64,000 nt of DNA from Nitrosopumilus sp. (GTDB lineage Archaea > Thermoproteota > Nitrososphaeria > Nitrososphaerales > Nitrosopumilaceae): the NCBI GenBank assembly GCA_965223425.1, contig CBDCWS010000001.1:1-64000 (forward strand), in the 5' to 3' direction. The position numbers and the translations under genes are program-made. The notes below the pieces were generated by a model. That model saw nothing but the letters and a program-made list of their open reading frames with translations, ran no database searches and was not told the DNA's origin. Position 1 is the stretch's first letter. Each line of letters starts with the position of its first letter. Shown piece after piece: positions 61,303 through 64,000 of the stretch.

Positions 61303-62344
61303 AGACATTATAACGATTTAATTGTAGGTTTAGTTGGTTTATGATAAACTCAGAAGAAATACCGTCTTGGAGACCAACTGATGACCCGCTATGAAACACT
61401 CAAGACTAAACCAAAACGATTCCTGTCGCTGACAGGATATACACCCGAGGAGTTTTCGGCACTTCTTCCGTCCTTCTCCAAACGATTTTTAGAGTTCGTC
61501 GAAACACAGACGCTTGATGGCAAACGCCGAAAGAAGCGTCGGTACACTCTCTATAAAAACAGTTGCTTACCGAGTCGGGAAGATCAATTGCTCTTTATTT
61601 TGATTTACCTGCGAAAAGCCATGACGCAAGATGTCCTTGGTGAACTCTTCGGTATGTCTCAACCTGTCGCCAACAAATGGATTCATCGACTCTTGCCTGT
61701 GTTGAATCGTGCTTTGGCAGACCTTGGAGAGTTGCCATCACGGGAGACGACTCTCTCAACTGTTGACGCATCTACGCAGATCTCGGCTAATACTCAGGCT
61801 TTGAAACACTTTTTTTCATGATGCCACGGAACGTCCGATTCAACGTCCAAAAGACGTAGAAGCACAACAGGCACATTACAGTGGTAAAAAGAAGCAACAC
61901 ACCGTCAAGAATAACTTGATGATTAATACCGATAGCAAAGTGGTGTTATTGACGCCTTGCTATGAAGGCAGGATACACGACAAGCGCATCGCCGATATGA
62001 CGATCTATTTCCTGCCACGCGGTAGTTATTTGTATCAAGATTCAGGTTTTCAAGGTTTTTCAGTTCCGGGTGTCAAGATGATTCAACCAACGAAGAAACC
62101 CAAAGGTCGAGATCTGACGGTTCAAGAGAAAGCGAAGAATCGCGAGATTTCGTCAATACGCATACGCATTGAACACGCTATTAGTGGTATCAAAAGATAC
62201 CGTATCGTCAAAGACAAGTTGCGCAACTACAAAAAAGGATTTACCGATTTAGTCATGGAAACTTGTTGTGGGTTACACAACTTTAGATTAAACTTCAGAC
62301 CTTGGTCTTATCAGATACCTTGCGAGTAAATCATTATAATGTCT
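61303..62344 (+). mobile_element. IS5-family (ISL2-like) element, copy 2
   Basis: Same length, IRs and translated ORFs as 12069-13110; same orientation. Confidence 0.92.
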
Positions 62345-63091
62345 AATGACAAAATGGATGATGTTCTCACACTAAAACGCCAGCGCGAGATTCAAGAAGT
62401 AGTCAAGCGACTTAAAGCATTTAAACCTACCAAGATAGCACTTGAGGTGGATTCAAAGCGCGACACTGAAGTCAATGCAAAATATCAAGGTTATATGAAT
62501 GGGACATATAAACTCAAGCGGGGCGAAGGAGATCAGATTGGGTTTCGATTGGCAAAAGAGATGGAACATTCAAAGGTATATTGTGTGGATCATTTCCGCG
62601 ATGATCATATGATTCGGAAGGATCGGGATCCACGTTTGACAGACCGTAGGGCATTTGCAAAGGCGCATAATCAAGAGCATCTACTGTATACGCCGCCTGT
62701 TATCAATGGAAAAATGACAGAAGATGAAGAGGGTAAAACTTGGATTGAGTCTGAGAAATATGAGTCGATACTCGACATGTATATCCAACACAACCGACCT
62801 GAATGGAACAATTTAAACCATCAGGCGTATCTACGACAGGCGCGTGTAGGGTTAGATGACGAATATCCGGGTGCGAATTGGCTGGCGTACTTTTGGTATC
62901 CTCGGAATCTGAAAATCTTCGTAAATCTGACGCGGATCACTGAGTCTACCGGCGATCGAATTCTGCTAATTATCGGTGCTGGACATGGTTTCCTGATTCG
63001 GCAGTTCCTTGAGGACTCAGGAGATTACATCCTCGAAAGTCCCCTGAAATACTTGAATGCGAGCGATGCAGAGAAATCTTCATCCGAGTAG
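62345..63091 (+). pseudogene. DUF5694-family protein, C-terminal part
   Basis: NDKMDDVLTLKRQREI...FKPTKIALE...QIGFRLA...WYPRNLKIF...RILLIIGAGH. Confidence 0.88.
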
Positions 63092-63422
63092 ACCGATTGA
63101 GCGGATAATTTGCGGAACTCGTGTGGTGTGCTTACGCACTACTCCGATGCCTGATTCTATGTAACTATTATCGCTTCCCATCCTTAAACCGTGCGATAGT
63201 GTCCCGTTCGGCTAACTCTGCCTTGGCGTAATGGGCAGGCATCTCGGACAACTTCCAACGTCCTGCGACTTGCATATCGACGACGGTTGCCCCGGCTTGG
63301 GCAAGTGAGACGGCAGAGAGACTAATTGTTGTGTTGCTGAATGTAACGAAAATAGACGAATGTTATCTTCATAATGTGGTTTTGCGGAATATACACCAAA
63401 AACGCATCAAGCCGTCAGTCCA

Positions 63423-64000
63423 TCAAAAAGTGCTATATTTGGGATCCGTTTTTAGTGCTGCCCAAGTGATAGCGAGTTTTCCGGCACTTTCGACAGATAC
63501 ACCGATGGTTGCTAGCTTTTTGATTTCATCGGCGTTGAGTGTGAGATTATAAATCATGACTTCGTCGATTACCCCTCGGAAATATCTGGCACCACAGCAT
63601 TCATCCCAACCGAATTTTAGGTTCATGACTGTCTGTTGGATATGCTCAATCTCATTCACTGGAGTTTCAAGTGTGTCGGTCGCTGCGTGATAAACGTAAC
63701 TTGTTGCTTTCTCGGGTTGAATCGTTATCGCGACGAAAGCCCATTCATCTTGCGGAATGCGCGGTGCGCCTTGCCAACCATAGGTATGTGCTGAATTATT
63801 GTTCCATACATACGCCAAGGTGCCGTTCTCGGAAACTCCCATCCAGAACGGGGTTTGACTTCGGCCGACAACGATACCTGACCAGTCCTCGGTTTTCTAA
63901 CCGTTGATCCAAGCACCTACCGTAATCGTGTCTGTAAGGAGATAAAACGCATCGTTAACGACGACATGTCCGTCAAACCCGTTAACTTCAACGGCACCAT
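63423..64000 (-). pseudogene. LamG-like jellyroll protein with a Poribacteria-type C-terminus; in-frame TAG at 63897-63899; 5' end outside the window
   Basis: TITVGAWING*KTEDW...YFRGVIDEVMIYN...SVESAGKLAITWAALK. Confidence 0.75.

Noticed and set aside
63897-63899. Stop-codon (TAG) recoding
   Set aside because: Only isolated in-frame TAGs occur (likely TGG to TAG), and other genes (22803, 63091) terminate normally at TAG.

Overview
Probably a Candidatus Poribacteria-like genome. This is inferred from the secreted proteins ending in a GK(V/L)xxTW(G/A)xLK motif and from the cytochrome c/LRR/cohesin/dockerin, lamin-tail and LamG architectures. The window is a heavily rearranged accessory mosaic. 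A DUF5694 gene is split in frame by a block of about 50 kb bounded by two direct IS5-family copies (12069-13110 and 61303-62344). Inside that block are: two paralogous modules (promoter, ~330-nt structured RNA, wHTH gene, origin-like iterons, wHTH gene); a primase-helicase replicon; a truncated 2.6-kaa polyvalent protein (ART-like repeats, UvrD, protease stub); a phage-like ParB/MT-A70 cluster; four tnpB loci; and many IS elements (IS630, IS982, IS701/IS4-like) and MITEs. The most unusual signals are four. (1) Recurrent in-frame 3-nt insertions that turn GG^CC into GGAAACC/GGTTTCC in several unrelated genes, in a GGCC-poor sequence. (2) A covarying pseudoknotted ~90-nt 5' leader RNA shared by divergent tnpB genes. 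(3) The duplicated long-RNA/Rep-like module. (4) A family of GCGGA...TCCGA cruciform micro-insertions. No rRNA, tRNA or CRISPR array was seen. All calls were made by eye, without database searches.
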